This document shows positions 19,446 through 28,914 of a stretch of DNA of 64,000 nt, one piece after another. A program made the translations under genes and the position numbers. The DNA is from an uncultured delta proteobacterium (GTDB lineage Bacteria > Myxococcota > UBA727 > VGSZ01). The stretch lies in NCBI GenBank assembly GCA_963775425.1, contig CAVZJB010000003.1, forward strand, positions 416,001 to 480,000. The letters are read 5' to 3'. The first letter of the stretch is position 1; every line of letters starts with the position of its first letter. The notes under the pieces were generated by a model. That model saw nothing but the letters and a program-made list of their open reading frames with translations. It ran no database searches and was not told the DNA's origin.

Positions 19446-20110
19446 GCGGCGCGGTGCGAGGGGTCAGCTTCGACGTCGACGGCACGCTCTATTCGCCCCG
19501 CGCCCTCGGCTGGACGTTCTTCCTGCGCTCGTTTTCCCACCGCGGCCTCCTGCGCACGCTGCGCGTCGGGCGGGCGGTGCGCGAGGAGCTGCGCGGGCGC
19601 GCCTTCGACACCGGCGCCGCGCTCCTGGCCGAGGAGGCGCGCATCGCCGGGGAGCGCCTCGACGTCATGCCCGGCGAGGCGCGCCGGCGCCTCGACGACG
19701 CCTTCGATCGCGTGCTGTGCGAGGTGCTCGAAGACAAGGTGCGACCGACGGCGGGCGCGCGGGCGGTGCGCGCCGCGCTCGAGGGCCTCGTGGGGCACGG
19801 CCTGGGCATCGCCGCCGTCAGCGATCGCCGCGTCGACGACAAGCTCGCCGCGCTCGGGCTCGGAGATCTTCCCTGGGCCGCGCGCGTCAGCGCGGACGAC
19901 ACCGGCGTCCTCAAACCCGATCCCGCGCCTTTCCTCGCCGCCTGCCGGGCCCTCGGCGCGCCGCCTGCGCAGTGCGTCCACGTCGGGGATCGCGACGACA
20001 GCGACGGCGCCGGCAGCCGCGCGGCCGGGATGCGCTACGTGCGCGTCGCCGGCCCCGAGGCGCTGCCGCGCGCGGTGGCGGAGATTCTTCGCGGTGCCCC
20101 CGCGCCGTAG
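19442..20110 (+). CDS. HAD-superfamily hydrolase
   Basis: Motif I FDVDGTLY, KPDP and HVGDR.DSDG motifs. ATGA overlap with the GH3 gene. Confidence 0.85.
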   Translation: MSGAVRGVSFDVDGTLYSPRALGWTFFLRSFSHRGLLRTLRVGRAVREELRGRAFDTGAALLAEEARIAGERLDVMPGEARRRLDDAFDRVLCEVLEDKVRPTAGARAVRAALEGLVGHGLGIAAVSDRRVDDKLAALGLGDLPWAARVSADDTGVLKPDPAPFLAACRALGAPPAQCVHVGDRDDSDGAGSRAAGMRYVRVAGPEALPRAVAEILRGAPAP

Positions 20111-20175
20111 CGCGCGGCCGCTTCCTGGTGCCCCCGCGGCGCAGGGCGCGTCGCGGGGGATCCTCGACGCAGTCC

Positions 20176-20205
20176 TTGACGAGCCCGGGGGGAAGTCGTC
20201 ATAAC
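20176..20205 (+). promoter_or_regulatory. Candidate sigma70 promoter TTGACG-N18-CATAAC
   Basis: Near-consensus -35 and -10 boxes ending about 43 bp upstream of the aminotransferase start. Confidence 0.45.
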
Positions 20206-20247
20206 GCAGTGCGCCGCCTCGCCGTCGAGGTCCGCGTCGTCGAGGTC

Positions 20248-21408
20248 ATGATGAAGTACCGCCTGCTCTCCCCCGGCCCCACCCCCGTCCCCGAGCGCGT
20301 GCTCACGGCGATGGCCAACCCCATCTGGCACCACAGGACGCCGGCCTTCGAGGCCACGTTCGAGAAGTGCCGCACCGGGCTCAAGTGGCTCATGCAGACC
20401 AAGCAGGAGGTGCTCACGGTGTCGTCGTCGGGCACGGGCGCCTTCGAGGCCTCGTTCCAGTCGCTGTTCTCCCCGGGCGAGACGGTCATCACCGTCGCCG
20501 GCGGAAAGTTCGGCGAGCGCTGGGGAAAGATGGCCGAGGCGTTCGGCCTGAAGGCCGTGGTCATCCCCTGCGAGTGGGGCGAGCCCGCCGACGCAAACCG
20601 CGTCGCCGACGCCCTGAAGGCGCACCCCGAGGCCAAGGGCGTCGTCGTCGTCGCTTCGGAGACCTCCACGGGCGTGCGCCACCCCTACGAGGCCATCGCC
20701 AAGCTCGTGAAGGCGAAGGACGACTGCCTGATGATGGTCGACGGCATCACCGCCGTCGGCGTCTGGGACATCAGCCCCGAGCGCGACGACATCGACGTCC
20801 TCGTCACCGGCTCGCAGAAGGCGCTGATGCTGCCCCCGGGGCTCGGCTTCGTGACGCTCTCGGACAAGGCCTGGGAGCGCAACAAGACCGCCAAGCTGCC
20901 GCGCTACTACTTCGACCTCGGCAAGGAGCGAAAGAGCCAGGTCAACAACCAGACGGCGTTCACGCCGGCGGTCTCCCTCGTCGAGGGCCTGCTCGAGTCC
21001 TTGCGGCTGATGCAGGAGGAGGGGCTGCCGTCGATCTTCGCGCGCCACAAGCGCCTCGCCGCCGCCACCCGCGCCGGCGTCAAGGCGCTCGGCCTCGAGC
21101 TGTTCGCCAAGGCGCCCGCCGACAGCGTCACCAGCGTCATCCAGCCCGCGTCGCTCAAGCCGGACGCCGTCTACAAGGGCCTGATGAACCGCGCCAACCT
21201 CACCATCGCCGGTGGCCAGGAGGCCGTGAAGGGAAAGATCTTCCGCGTCGCCCACCTCGGCTACTACGACGAGCTCGACATCATCACCGTGCTCGGCGCC
21301 ATCGAGATCATCCTGCGCCAGGAGGGCTTCGCGAGCTTCACGCCGGGCGTCGGCGTGGGCGCCGCGAGCGAGATCTTGAAGGACGGCTTCGTGAAGAAGG
21401 GTGGGTGA
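20248..21408 (+). CDS. Class V PLP aminotransferase (serine-pyruvate/alanine-glyoxylate type; likely phosphoserine aminotransferase role)
   Basis: LLSPGPTPVP, SGTGAFEA, ETSTGV, PLP-lysine motif TGSQKALMLPPGL, FRVAHLG. Adjacent to serA. Confidence 0.9.
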   Translation: MMKYRLLSPGPTPVPERVLTAMANPIWHHRTPAFEATFEKCRTGLKWLMQTKQEVLTVSSSGTGAFEASFQSLFSPGETVITVAGGKFGERWGKMAEAFGLKAVVIPCEWGEPADANRVADALKAHPEAKGVVVVASETSTGVRHPYEAIAKLVKAKDDCLMMVDGITAVGVWDISPERDDIDVLVTGSQKALMLPPGLGFVTLSDKAWERNKTAKLPRYYFDLGKERKSQVNNQTAFTPAVSLVEGLLESLRLMQEEGLPSIFARHKRLAAATRAGVKALGLELFAKAPADSVTSVIQPASLKPDAVYKGLMNRANLTIAGGQEAVKGKIFRVAHLGYYDELDIITVLGAIEIILRQEGFASFTPGVGVGAASEILKDGFVKKGG

Positions 21409-21412
21409 GCGC

Positions 21413-22357
21413 GTGGCCAAGGTCCTCGTCAGCGACAAGCTCGACCCCAAGGGCGTCGCCCTGCTGCAGGCGGCGGACGGCGTCGACGTCGACAACAAGC
21501 CCGGCCTCAAGCCCGAGGAGCAGCGCGAGATCATCGGCGCCTACGACGGGCTCATCGTGCGCTCCGCCACCAAGGTCACGCCGGCGTTCCTCGAGCGCGC
21601 GGACAAGCTGCGCATCGTCATCCGCGCGGGCATCGGCGTCGACAACATCGACATCGCGGCCTGCAAGGAGCGCGGCATCGTCGTCGAGAACACGCCGCGC
21701 GGAAACGTGCTCAGCGCGGCGGAGCACGCCATCGCGCTGATGATGTCGCTGGCGCGGCAGGTGCCGGCGGCCACGGCGTCCATGAAGGGCGGCAAGTGGG
21801 ACAAGAGCCGGTTCATGGGCACCGAGATCACCGGGAAGACCCTCGGCATCATCGGCACCGGCAACATCGGCGCCGTCGTCGTCGACCGGGCCCTCGGCTT
21901 GAAGATGAAGGTGCTCGCGTTCGACCCCATCCTGACGCCGGAGAAGGCCCGGGAGATGGGCGTGGAGCTCACCACCAACGTCGACGACGTGTTCACGCGC
22001 GCGGACGTCATCACGCTGCACACGCCCTTGCTCCCGTCGACGAGGCACATCGTGAACGACGCCGCGTTCGCCAAGATGAAGCCCGGCGTCCTCCTCATCA
22101 ACGCCGCCCGCGGCGGCCTCGTCGACGAGGACGCGCTCCTGCGCGCCATCGAGTCCAAGAAGGTGCGCGGCGCCGCCCTCGACGTGTTCAGCGTGGAGCC
22201 CGTGTCGCCGGATCACCCGCTTTTGAAGCGCGACGAGGTGGTGGTCACGCCGCACCTCGGCGCGTCCACCTTCGAGGCGCAGGTGAACGTCGCCGTGGAG
22301 GCCGCGGAGCAGATGGTGGCATTCTTCAAGGACGGCACCACCACGAACGTGATCTGA
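21413..22357 (+). CDS. serA: D-3-phosphoglycerate dehydrogenase, short form without regulatory domains
   Basis: VRSATKV, RAGIGVDNID, SAAEH, GIIGTGNIG, INAARGG, DVF..EP and TPHLGASTFEAQ motifs. Confidence 0.82.
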   Translation: MAKVLVSDKLDPKGVALLQAADGVDVDNKPGLKPEEQREIIGAYDGLIVRSATKVTPAFLERADKLRIVIRAGIGVDNIDIAACKERGIVVENTPRGNVLSAAEHAIALMMSLARQVPAATASMKGGKWDKSRFMGTEITGKTLGIIGTGNIGAVVVDRALGLKMKVLAFDPILTPEKAREMGVELTTNVDDVFTRADVITLHTPLLPSTRHIVNDAAFAKMKPGVLLINAARGGLVDEDALLRAIESKKVRGAALDVFSVEPVSPDHPLLKRDEVVVTPHLGASTFEAQVNVAVEAAEQMVAFFKDGTTTNVI

Positions 22358-22438
22358 TCGCTGCCGTCGTCGTCGGCGCGGCTCCCTGGCGCCGCGCGGC
22401 GCCACCACGTCGGCGACGCCGGCGTGTATGCTGCGGAC

Positions 22439-23953
22439 ATGGCCGCCCGAGGACAGCCGGAGTTTTCCATCTCCCCGGCAACGCAGGTGCAGACGTCGGG
22501 GTTGAACCTCGACCTCGGCTTCACCGAGCGGCGCTGCCAGCTCACGGTCCTGTCCGGCGCGCAGACGGGCAAGAGCATCGAGGTCAACAAGCCCGAGTTC
22601 ACCGTCGGCAAGGGCGACGAGTGCGACCTCGTCATCGCCGACCCCACGGTGAGCCGGCAGCACTTCACCATCGAGCAGCAGCAGGGCGCCTACGTCATCC
22701 GCGACAACGCCTCCACCAACGGCACCTGGATCGACCAGTTCCGCATCCGCGAGGCCTACCTGCGGCCGGGCGTGGTCGTGCGCGCCGGCCAGGTGCAGCT
22801 CAAGCTCGAGCCGCTGTTCAAGCCCATCGACATCGCGCCTTCGTCGGACGACCGCTTCGGGTCGCTGGTGGGGCACTCGGTGCGCATGCGGCAGATCTTC
22901 ACCATGCTCGAGCGCGTGGCAAAGACCGACGCCACCGTCGTCATCTTCGGCGAGACGGGCACCGGCAAGAGCGCCATCGCGCAGGCCATCCACGAGGCGA
23001 GCGCGCGCAAGACCGGGCCCTTCATCACCGTCGACTGCGGTGCCATCGCCGAAAACCTCATCGAGAGCGAGCTGTTCGGCCACGAGAAGGGCGCGTTCAC
23101 CGGGGCGTCCGCGCTGCGCAAGGGCGCCCTCGAGCGCGCCCACGGCGGCACGCTCTTCATCGACGAGCTCGTCGACCTGCGGCTCGATCTCCAGCCCCGC
23201 CTGTTGCGCGTCCTCGAGGAGCGCGAGGTGCGGCGCGTCGGCGGCAACGACGCCATCAAGCTCGACGTCCGCATCATCGCGGCCTCGCGCTTCGACCTGT
23301 GGCGCGAGGTGGAGGCCAAGCGCTTCCGCGAGGACCTCTACTTCCGGCTGGCGGTGTTCACCCTGCCGCTGCCGTCGCTGCGGGAGCGCGCCGAGGACAT
23401 CCCGCTGCTGGCGCAGGCGTTCGCGCGCTCGCTGAGCGGCAGCGAGCGCCTCCTGGAGCGCATGACGCCGTCGGTGCTGGAGCGCCTGAAGAAGCACCCG
23501 TTCCCCGGCAACGTGCGCGAGCTCAGGAACGTCATCGAGCGCGCCAACTACCTCGACAGCGACCCGACGGAGATGCTCGGGCCGCTCGGGGGCATCCCCT
23601 CGGGCGTCCTGGCATCGATCCCGGGCGCCGACCCGGGGGTGCCGCCGCCGGTCGCCGAGCCGCCCGTCCCCGAGGCCGTCGCCCTCGCCGAGGAGACCGC
23701 ACCGGTGCCGTTGGCCGCAGACGGCGCCGTCCCGCTGCTCGCCGACTGCACGCTGCCGTTCAAGGACGCCAAGGAGAAGCTGCTCGAGCAGTTCGAGGCC
23801 GAGTACTTCCGGCGCCTGTTGCAGCGCGCCGGCGGGAACGCCTCGGCCATCGCGCGCACGGCGGGCATCGACAGGAAGCACGTGTACACGCTGGCCAAGA
23901 AGCACGGGCTCGACCTCAGGGCCCGCGGCAGCAAGGACAGCGACGACGATTGA
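22439..23953 (+). CDS. FHA-domain sigma54 enhancer-binding protein
   Basis: FHA motifs (VSRQH, STNGT), Walker A GETGTGKS, GAFTGA, FREDLYFRL, FPGNVRELRN and a C-terminal Fis HTH. Confidence 0.93.
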   Translation: MAARGQPEFSISPATQVQTSGLNLDLGFTERRCQLTVLSGAQTGKSIEVNKPEFTVGKGDECDLVIADPTVSRQHFTIEQQQGAYVIRDNASTNGTWIDQFRIREAYLRPGVVVRAGQVQLKLEPLFKPIDIAPSSDDRFGSLVGHSVRMRQIFTMLERVAKTDATVVIFGETGTGKSAIAQAIHEASARKTGPFITVDCGAIAENLIESELFGHEKGAFTGASALRKGALERAHGGTLFIDELVDLRLDLQPRLLRVLEEREVRRVGGNDAIKLDVRIIAASRFDLWREVEAKRFREDLYFRLAVFTLPLPSLRERAEDIPLLAQAFARSLSGSERLLERMTPSVLERLKKHPFPGNVRELRNVIERANYLDSDPTEMLGPLGGIPSGVLASIPGADPGVPPPVAEPPVPEAVALAEETAPVPLAADGAVPLLADCTLPFKDAKEKLLEQFEAEYFRRLLQRAGGNASAIARTAGIDRKHVYTLAKKHGLDLRARGSKDSDDD

Positions 23954-24045
23954 GCCGCTCACGCGTGGGCCGCGCCGGCGACGTCAGCCGCGCGCCGTAG
24001 ACGTCCGTCGACGCGACCCAATCGAAGCCGGCGGGCCGCCGCGGG

Positions 24046-24840
24046 CTACTCGCCCTCGCCTTCGCCTTCGCCTTCGCCCTCTCCTTCGCCTTCGCCTTCG
24101 CCCTCGCCTTCGCCCTCTCCTTCGCCTTCGCCCTCGCCCTCGCCCTCGCCTTCGCCCTCACCCTCGCCCTCGCCCTCGCCCTCGCCCTCGCCCTCGCCCT
24201 CGCCGCCGTGGCAGACGGGGTCGACGTTGCAGTCGGCGTCGGCGCAGTCGATGTCGCCGTCGCCGTCGTTGTCGATGCCGTCGGCGCAGTCGCGCTCGGC
24301 GCAGGTGGCGTCGTCGGCCGCGAGGAAGGGCAGGGTGCTCACGGGGATGGTGAGCGTCGGGGTCTTGGCGGCATCGCTCTTGATGACGAGGTTGGCGAAG
24401 CTCGCCGCGGCCGGGTCGGCGGTGGTGTACTTGAACGCGAGCGACGCCACGTCGTCCTTGAACAGCTCGGACTGATCGAACGCGGCATCGCTGAAGGCGT
24501 CGACGCCGCCACCCTGGTCGGACTCGGTGAAGGACACGTCCGTGATGGTGACCTTGTCGTCGCCGACGTTGCGCACGGAGAAGCTCTCCACCGCGGTCGC
24601 GACCGGCGTCTCGCAGAAGAAGCCGGTGCGGCAGCCCTGGAGCGTGCACTGGTTGGCCGCGCCGCACGTGGCCGTGACGGCGTCGCTGCCCGCGGCGGGG
24701 TTGCACGACGTCAGCGACGGCGGGAGCGCGATCTCCTGCAACAGCGGCCGGAGCTCGCCCGGCGAGGACGCGGGGCAGGCGCAGGGGAAGACGGCGGCGA
24801 CGGCGAGAAGCCCGAGGCGGTGGAGTCTCATGTTGTTCAT
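24046..24840 (-). CDS. Lipoprotein with Ig-like domain, Cys/Asp Ca-binding repeat and C-terminal (GE)26 tail
   Basis: Hydrophobic signal ending PCAC; VRNVGD..VTITDV; CADGIDNDGDGDIDCADADC; GE tail running to the stop. Alternative start 24831. Confidence 0.8.
   Translation of the reverse strand: MNNMRLHRLGLLAVAAVFPCACPASSPGELRPLLQEIALPPSLTSCNPAAGSDAVTATCGAANQCTLQGCRTGFFCETPVATAVESFSVRNVGDDKVTITDVSFTESDQGGGVDAFSDAAFDQSELFKDDVASLAFKYTTADPAAASFANLVIKSDAAKTPTLTIPVSTLPFLAADDATCAERDCADGIDNDGDGDIDCADADCNVDPVCHGGEGEGEGEGEGEGEGEGEGEGEGEGEGEGEGEGEGEGEGEGEGEGEGEGEGE
24049..24204 (-). repeat. Coding hexanucleotide repeat encoding (Gly-Glu)26
   Basis: 156 nt of GGC/GGA/GGT-GAG/GAA codons ending directly at the stop. 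Confidence 0.95.
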
Positions 24841-24844
24841 CTCT

Positions 24845-27106
24845 TCAGCCGTTCTGGCAGAAATCCTGGCCGGTGTCACAGTTCGCGGGACATCCGCACG
24901 TGATGGTGGCCGTGATCGTGTATGTCATGTCGAGGTCGAAGTCATTGATGCCGTTGTCCACGACCTCGATGTACAGGGGCGCGTCGACGTTCACGCTCCC
25001 GCCGGCGGACACGATGCACTCGTCGGGTCCGTCGCCGAAGTCCACCGTGTGGGCGGGGTTGCTGTCGCCGTCGGTCCAGCAGCGCGAGTCCACGCACACG
25101 GAACCGGGCGCGCACGCGTTCTGCCCGCCCTCCTGCTCGCTGCACCCGCCGGTCTGGGTGGCCTCGAGGGTGCTGCCGGCGAGCGCGCTGCCGTTGTCGC
25201 CGTGCACGAACACCGCGAGCTCCACCGGGGTGGTGCGGTCGATGGTGTAGTTGACGTTGATCCCCCAGTACGCGCCCGAGGGGAAGTGATCGAGCTTGAA
25301 GAAGTCGCGGTCGCCCTCGTACGACAGCCTGCCGCTGAAGGTGCGCGAGACCGACCCCGCGGCGGGATCGCCGCAATTGGCCTCGTTGGCGGGGAAGTTG
25401 AAGCCCACCGGGTTCGGCACCGCCTCGACGTCGATGCACGTGGGATCCTGGTCGTCCGCCGGCAGGTTCTGGTCGATGGTCGTCGGGGGCGCGGCGCAGA
25501 GCGGTTGATAGCCCGTGTCCACCACGCGCGCCCGCTGCTTGCTCTGCTCGCGCTGCCGGGCGCGCTCGGCTTCGGCGGCGGTGACGTTGTTGCCGGTGTC
25601 GGCGAAGCCGGCGAACTCCAGGTTCGGGATGAGGAAGTCGTCGCCGTGCTCGTTGGTGTCGGGGTCCGGCACCACCTGGAACTGGATGGTGTAGCCGCCG
25701 GTCTCCTGGAAGGCGTCGTCGTTGAGCTCGTTGACGCTGACGAACACGGGCTCCGCGGTGCGCAGCGGGAACGCGGTCTTGAACGGCGAGGTCTTGATGA
25801 AGCGCTGCAGCATCTCGGTGCCGCACTTGTTGTCGTAGCAGACATGGGTGTGGTTGGTGGCGGGGTCTACGCCGACGCACTGGTTGGGCGCCTGGGCGCA
25901 CGCTACCGGGGCGCCGTCCTCGGGATCGGCCGTGATCATGGCGAGCTGCGGCTGGAAGTCGGGCGACAGCGTCCCGTCGAAGGTCACGGTCACCACGAGC
26001 ACCTGGGGCGTGTTGCGGCTCGTGCCCCCGGGCGGGGTGACGCGATAGACGTCCTGATCGGCGAACGACGCCAGCGACGCCGTCACCGTCTGGCCTGAGG
26101 TCACGGTGGTGGCGGTGTCGACGGACTCGTTGCCGCCGGCGCCCTCGTTGGCGTCGGGATCGGCGAGGACGGAGACGTTGACCGTGTATTGGCCGAGCGC
26201 GGGATCGAGCTGGGCGTCGGTGGCGGCGGTGTCGCCGCCGGCCTGGACGAGCAGGAGGTACGGCCCGGCGGGATCGGTGCTGGCGGCCTTGCGCAGCCGC
26301 ACGGTCTCCTTGGTGGCGTCGGCGGGATCGGCGGCGAGCGGCGCCGTCTGGAGCACCGTGAGCGCGTCGGGCAACAACAGCGTGGCGACGTGCTGCACGC
26401 CGCTGCCGGCGGGGACGTCGATGGTGACGTCGATGATCTGCGCCGCGGCGGAGACCTCGATGGCGTAGTAGTCGAGGTCGCCCGAGGTGGCGATGATGCC
26501 GTTGATGGGCGTGCCCGGCGTGACCGGCGTGGCCTGGTCGGGGAGGTTGTTCGGCTCGTTGGCGTCGGGGTCGGGGACCACGTCGACGACGAGGGTGTAC
26601 TCGTTCACGTTGTCGAAGCCGTCGTCGAGCCCTTCGAAGTCGCGCACGTCGACGATGTAGTCGGCGGTGTCGTCCACGCGGTGCGCGCTGGTGAAGTTGG
26701 TGACGTGCCCCTGGGTGTCGTTGGGGTCGCCGTCGAAGATGCCGAGCGGGTCCATGGTGCCGTCGCCGTTGTCCTTGAACAGGCCGTAGGCCGGGCTGAC
26801 GTTGGTGAAGTTCGTGCCCATGGACAGCGTGACGACGAGGACGTCGCCTGCGTTGGCGTGGACGCGGTAGCCGTCGTCGTCACGCGCGGGGCACAGGGTG
26901 CCGGTGATGGGCGTGGACGCCTCGAGGTCCACCGCGCTGGTGGCGTCGCGGGTGGGGAAGTTGGTGTCCACCTGGCAGCCCTCCACCGGCGGCGGCGGTG
27001 GCGGCTTGACCTCGGGCGGCGGCGGGCATGCGGTGAGTGCGGCGCAGGCGGCGAGCGCGACCGGCGCCACGCGGAAGAAGGCATCGCGGGTCATGGGCTT
27101 CCTCAT
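24845..27106 (-). CDS. Acidic lipoprotein with PPC-like repeats (MtsF-like position in the mts locus)
   Basis: Lipobox LTAC; repeated DPDANE..N..A and D.DYY/DQDVY/DRDFF motifs; Cys-rich segments. ATGA overlap with the upstream VWA gene. Confidence 0.75.
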   Translation of the reverse strand: MRKPMTRDAFFRVAPVALAACAALTACPPPPEVKPPPPPPVEGCQVDTNFPTRDATSAVDLEASTPITGTLCPARDDDGYRVHANAGDVLVVTLSMGTNFTNVSPAYGLFKDNGDGTMDPLGIFDGDPNDTQGHVTNFTSAHRVDDTADYIVDVRDFEGLDDGFDNVNEYTLVVDVVPDPDANEPNNLPDQATPVTPGTPINGIIATSGDLDYYAIEVSAAAQIIDVTIDVPAGSGVQHVATLLLPDALTVLQTAPLAADPADATKETVRLRKAASTDPAGPYLLLVQAGGDTAATDAQLDPALGQYTVNVSVLADPDANEGAGGNESVDTATTVTSGQTVTASLASFADQDVYRVTPPGGTSRNTPQVLVVTVTFDGTLSPDFQPQLAMITADPEDGAPVACAQAPNQCVGVDPATNHTHVCYDNKCGTEMLQRFIKTSPFKTAFPLRTAEPVFVSVNELNDDAFQETGGYTIQFQVVPDPDTNEHGDDFLIPNLEFAGFADTGNNVTAAEAERARQREQSKQRARVVDTGYQPLCAAPPTTIDQNLPADDQDPTCIDVEAVPNPVGFNFPANEANCGDPAAGSVSRTFSGRLSYEGDRDFFKLDHFPSGAYWGINVNYTIDRTTPVELAVFVHGDNGSALAGSTLEATQTGGCSEQEGGQNACAPGSVCVDSRCWTDGDSNPAHTVDFGDGPDECIVSAGGSVNVDAPLYIEVVDNGINDFDLDMTYTITATITCGCPANCDTGQDFCQNG

Positions 27107-28914
27107 GGATCGACGCAGTCGACTGCGGGATCGAATTCATTGGCGGGCTTGAAGGCCTCGCGGGGCAAGGTGATCTCGCCGTTGGCGGGATCCTTGAGGC
27201 GCTTGTCGGCGTCGAAGCGCGCGCGGGCGCAGGCGAGCCGCGCCGTGCCCGGCTCGTCGGGAGCGTCGAACGGCGCCTCGGTGACCTCGAAGATGATGCG
27301 GTTTTCGCCGGGCAGCATCTCGCCGGCGCCGAGACCCGGCGAGGGCGTGGTGCCGTTGGGCGCGTCGAGCGGCGCGTCCGCGCCCTTGGTGCTCGCGAGC
27401 GCGATGTTGTCGACCTTGAAGTCGTAGCAGATGGACGCGCCCTCGATGCCGCGCTGCACGATCTTGTAGCGGTAGGCGTGCTCCGAGAGGTCGGAGACGT
27501 CGTCGGTGTCGACCCGAGAGTGCGCGCGCATCTCCGCCGCGTTGCCGACGCCGTCGAAGTCGATGTCGAGCAGCGTGTCCGCGAGGCCGGGGTTGCTGCC
27601 GTAGAGCACCTCGATGCCGTCCCCGAAGCCGTCGTTGTCGCTGTCGTAGAACAGCGAGCTGGTGCCGAAGAACAGCTCCTCGCAGTTGCGCAGGCCGTCG
27701 CCGTCGTCGTCGAAGCGATCGCGGTCGCCCTTGCAGTCGGCGTCGGTGGGATTGAGCGGGTCGAAGCCCGACGACTCGAGGCTGTGTTCGAGCAGGTCGG
27801 AGAAGCCGTCGTTGTCCGTGTCTGTGAGGAACGGGTCCGTGCCGATGAGGTTCTCCACCTGATCGGACAGGCCGTCGCCGTCGCTGTCGATGATGCCCTT
27901 GGCGAGCGTGGGGTCGTCGGAGCGCACGCGGGGATCCACGCCGAGCGCGGCCGAGAACGGGCGCGCGTTGATGTTGTCGGCGGTGAAGTTCTTCATGGCG
28001 AACACGCGCTTGAACGAGGTGAAGTCCACGAAGAGGAAGTTGATGGCCTCCCCCGACGAGAAGTCGCGGAACACGCCGTTGCCGCGCTTGGCCATGGCGC
28101 GCATGAACGTGGAGCCGCACTGCTTGATCTGGGTGTCGGTCTGGGGCGCGGCGGCGAAGGCCGAGTTGAAGCTCAGCTCGCGGATGTTGTACTGGCGGGC
28201 GAGCTCGTTGATCTGGCCGATGAGCAGGTCCGACTGATCGACGACGTCGACGGCGTTGGGCGGCGCGCGCCCCGTCTGCTCCCACAAGGACGCGTCCTCA
28301 CAGGTCTGCGTGATGTCGAAGCGGCTGTCGGTGTCGGGGATGCCGTCCGAGAGGAACATGATCACGTAGCGCGCGTTCTGGAGGTCGAGCGGGTCGGAGA
28401 TGGCCATGTCGGTGGCGAGGGTGCCGACGGCGGTCTCGAGCGCGTTCAGGAAGTCCGTGGTGCCGCCCGCCTGCGCCACGGCGCCCGCCGCCGTGAGCGC
28501 CTCTTCGGGCGGGGCGAAGCCGAGCGTGCAGTTGGTGCGCGTGGTGTAGTCGTCGCAGTGGTCGGTGACGACGGAGGTGCTGGCGCCGAACACCTCGATG
28601 GCGATCTCCACGCCCGGGATGTCCTTGACGGCGTCGATGACGTCGAGGACGGCGGCGACTCGGGTGAAGCCCGGATCGGTGACCACCATCGACTGGCTGG
28701 TGTCGATGATGAACATGATCTTCACGGGGAACGAGAGATCGTCCGGGTCCGTGGTGCAGAAGCTGCCGTTCACCGAGAGCTTGTTGTCCGCGCGCTCGTT
28801 GAGCGGGGGCGGGATGGGCTCGAGCGAGCCGTCGTAGCAGCCGGCGGCGACGGCGAGCGCGAAGGCGAGGGTGGCGCCGACGACGGCGCCCGTGGTTGTC
28901 GGGCGCGGCATCAC
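27103..28914 (-). CDS. VWA + thrombospondin-3/Ca-binding repeat lipoprotein (MtsD/MtsE/CglB family)
   Basis: Lipobox AAGC; GSFCT..FPVKIMFIIDTSQSM; YVIMFLSDG.P; DSDGDGL repeats; EAPFDAP. Paralog of the next gene. Confidence 0.82.
   Translation of the reverse strand: MMPRPTTTGAVVGATLAFALAVAAGCYDGSLEPIPPPLNERADNKLSVNGSFCTTDPDDLSFPVKIMFIIDTSQSMVVTDPGFTRVAAVLDVIDAVKDIPGVEIAIEVFGASTSVVTDHCDDYTTRTNCTLGFAPPEEALTAAGAVAQAGGTTDFLNALETAVGTLATDMAISDPLDLQNARYVIMFLSDGIPDTDSRFDITQTCEDASLWEQTGRAPPNAVDVVDQSDLLIGQINELARQYNIRELSFNSAFAAAPQTDTQIKQCGSTFMRAMAKRGNGVFRDFSSGEAINFLFVDFTSFKRVFAMKNFTADNINARPFSAALGVDPRVRSDDPTLAKGIIDSDGDGLSDQVENLIGTDPFLTDTDNDGFSDLLEHSLESSGFDPLNPTDADCKGDRDRFDDDGDGLRNCEELFFGTSSLFYDSDNDGFGDGIEVLYGSNPGLADTLLDIDFDGVGNAAEMRAHSRVDTDDVSDLSEHAYRYKIVQRGIEGASICYDFKVDNIALASTKGADAPLDAPNGTTPSPGLGAGEMLPGENRIIFEVTEAPFDAPDEPGTARLACARARFDADKRLKDPANGEITLPREAFKPANEFDPAVDCVDP

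Noticed and set aside
19442-20110. HAD as the phosphoserine phosphatase completing the serine pathway
   Set aside because: It is coupled to the GH3 gene and separated from the aminotransferase by a 137-bp gap with its own candidate promoter; no SerB-specific evidence.
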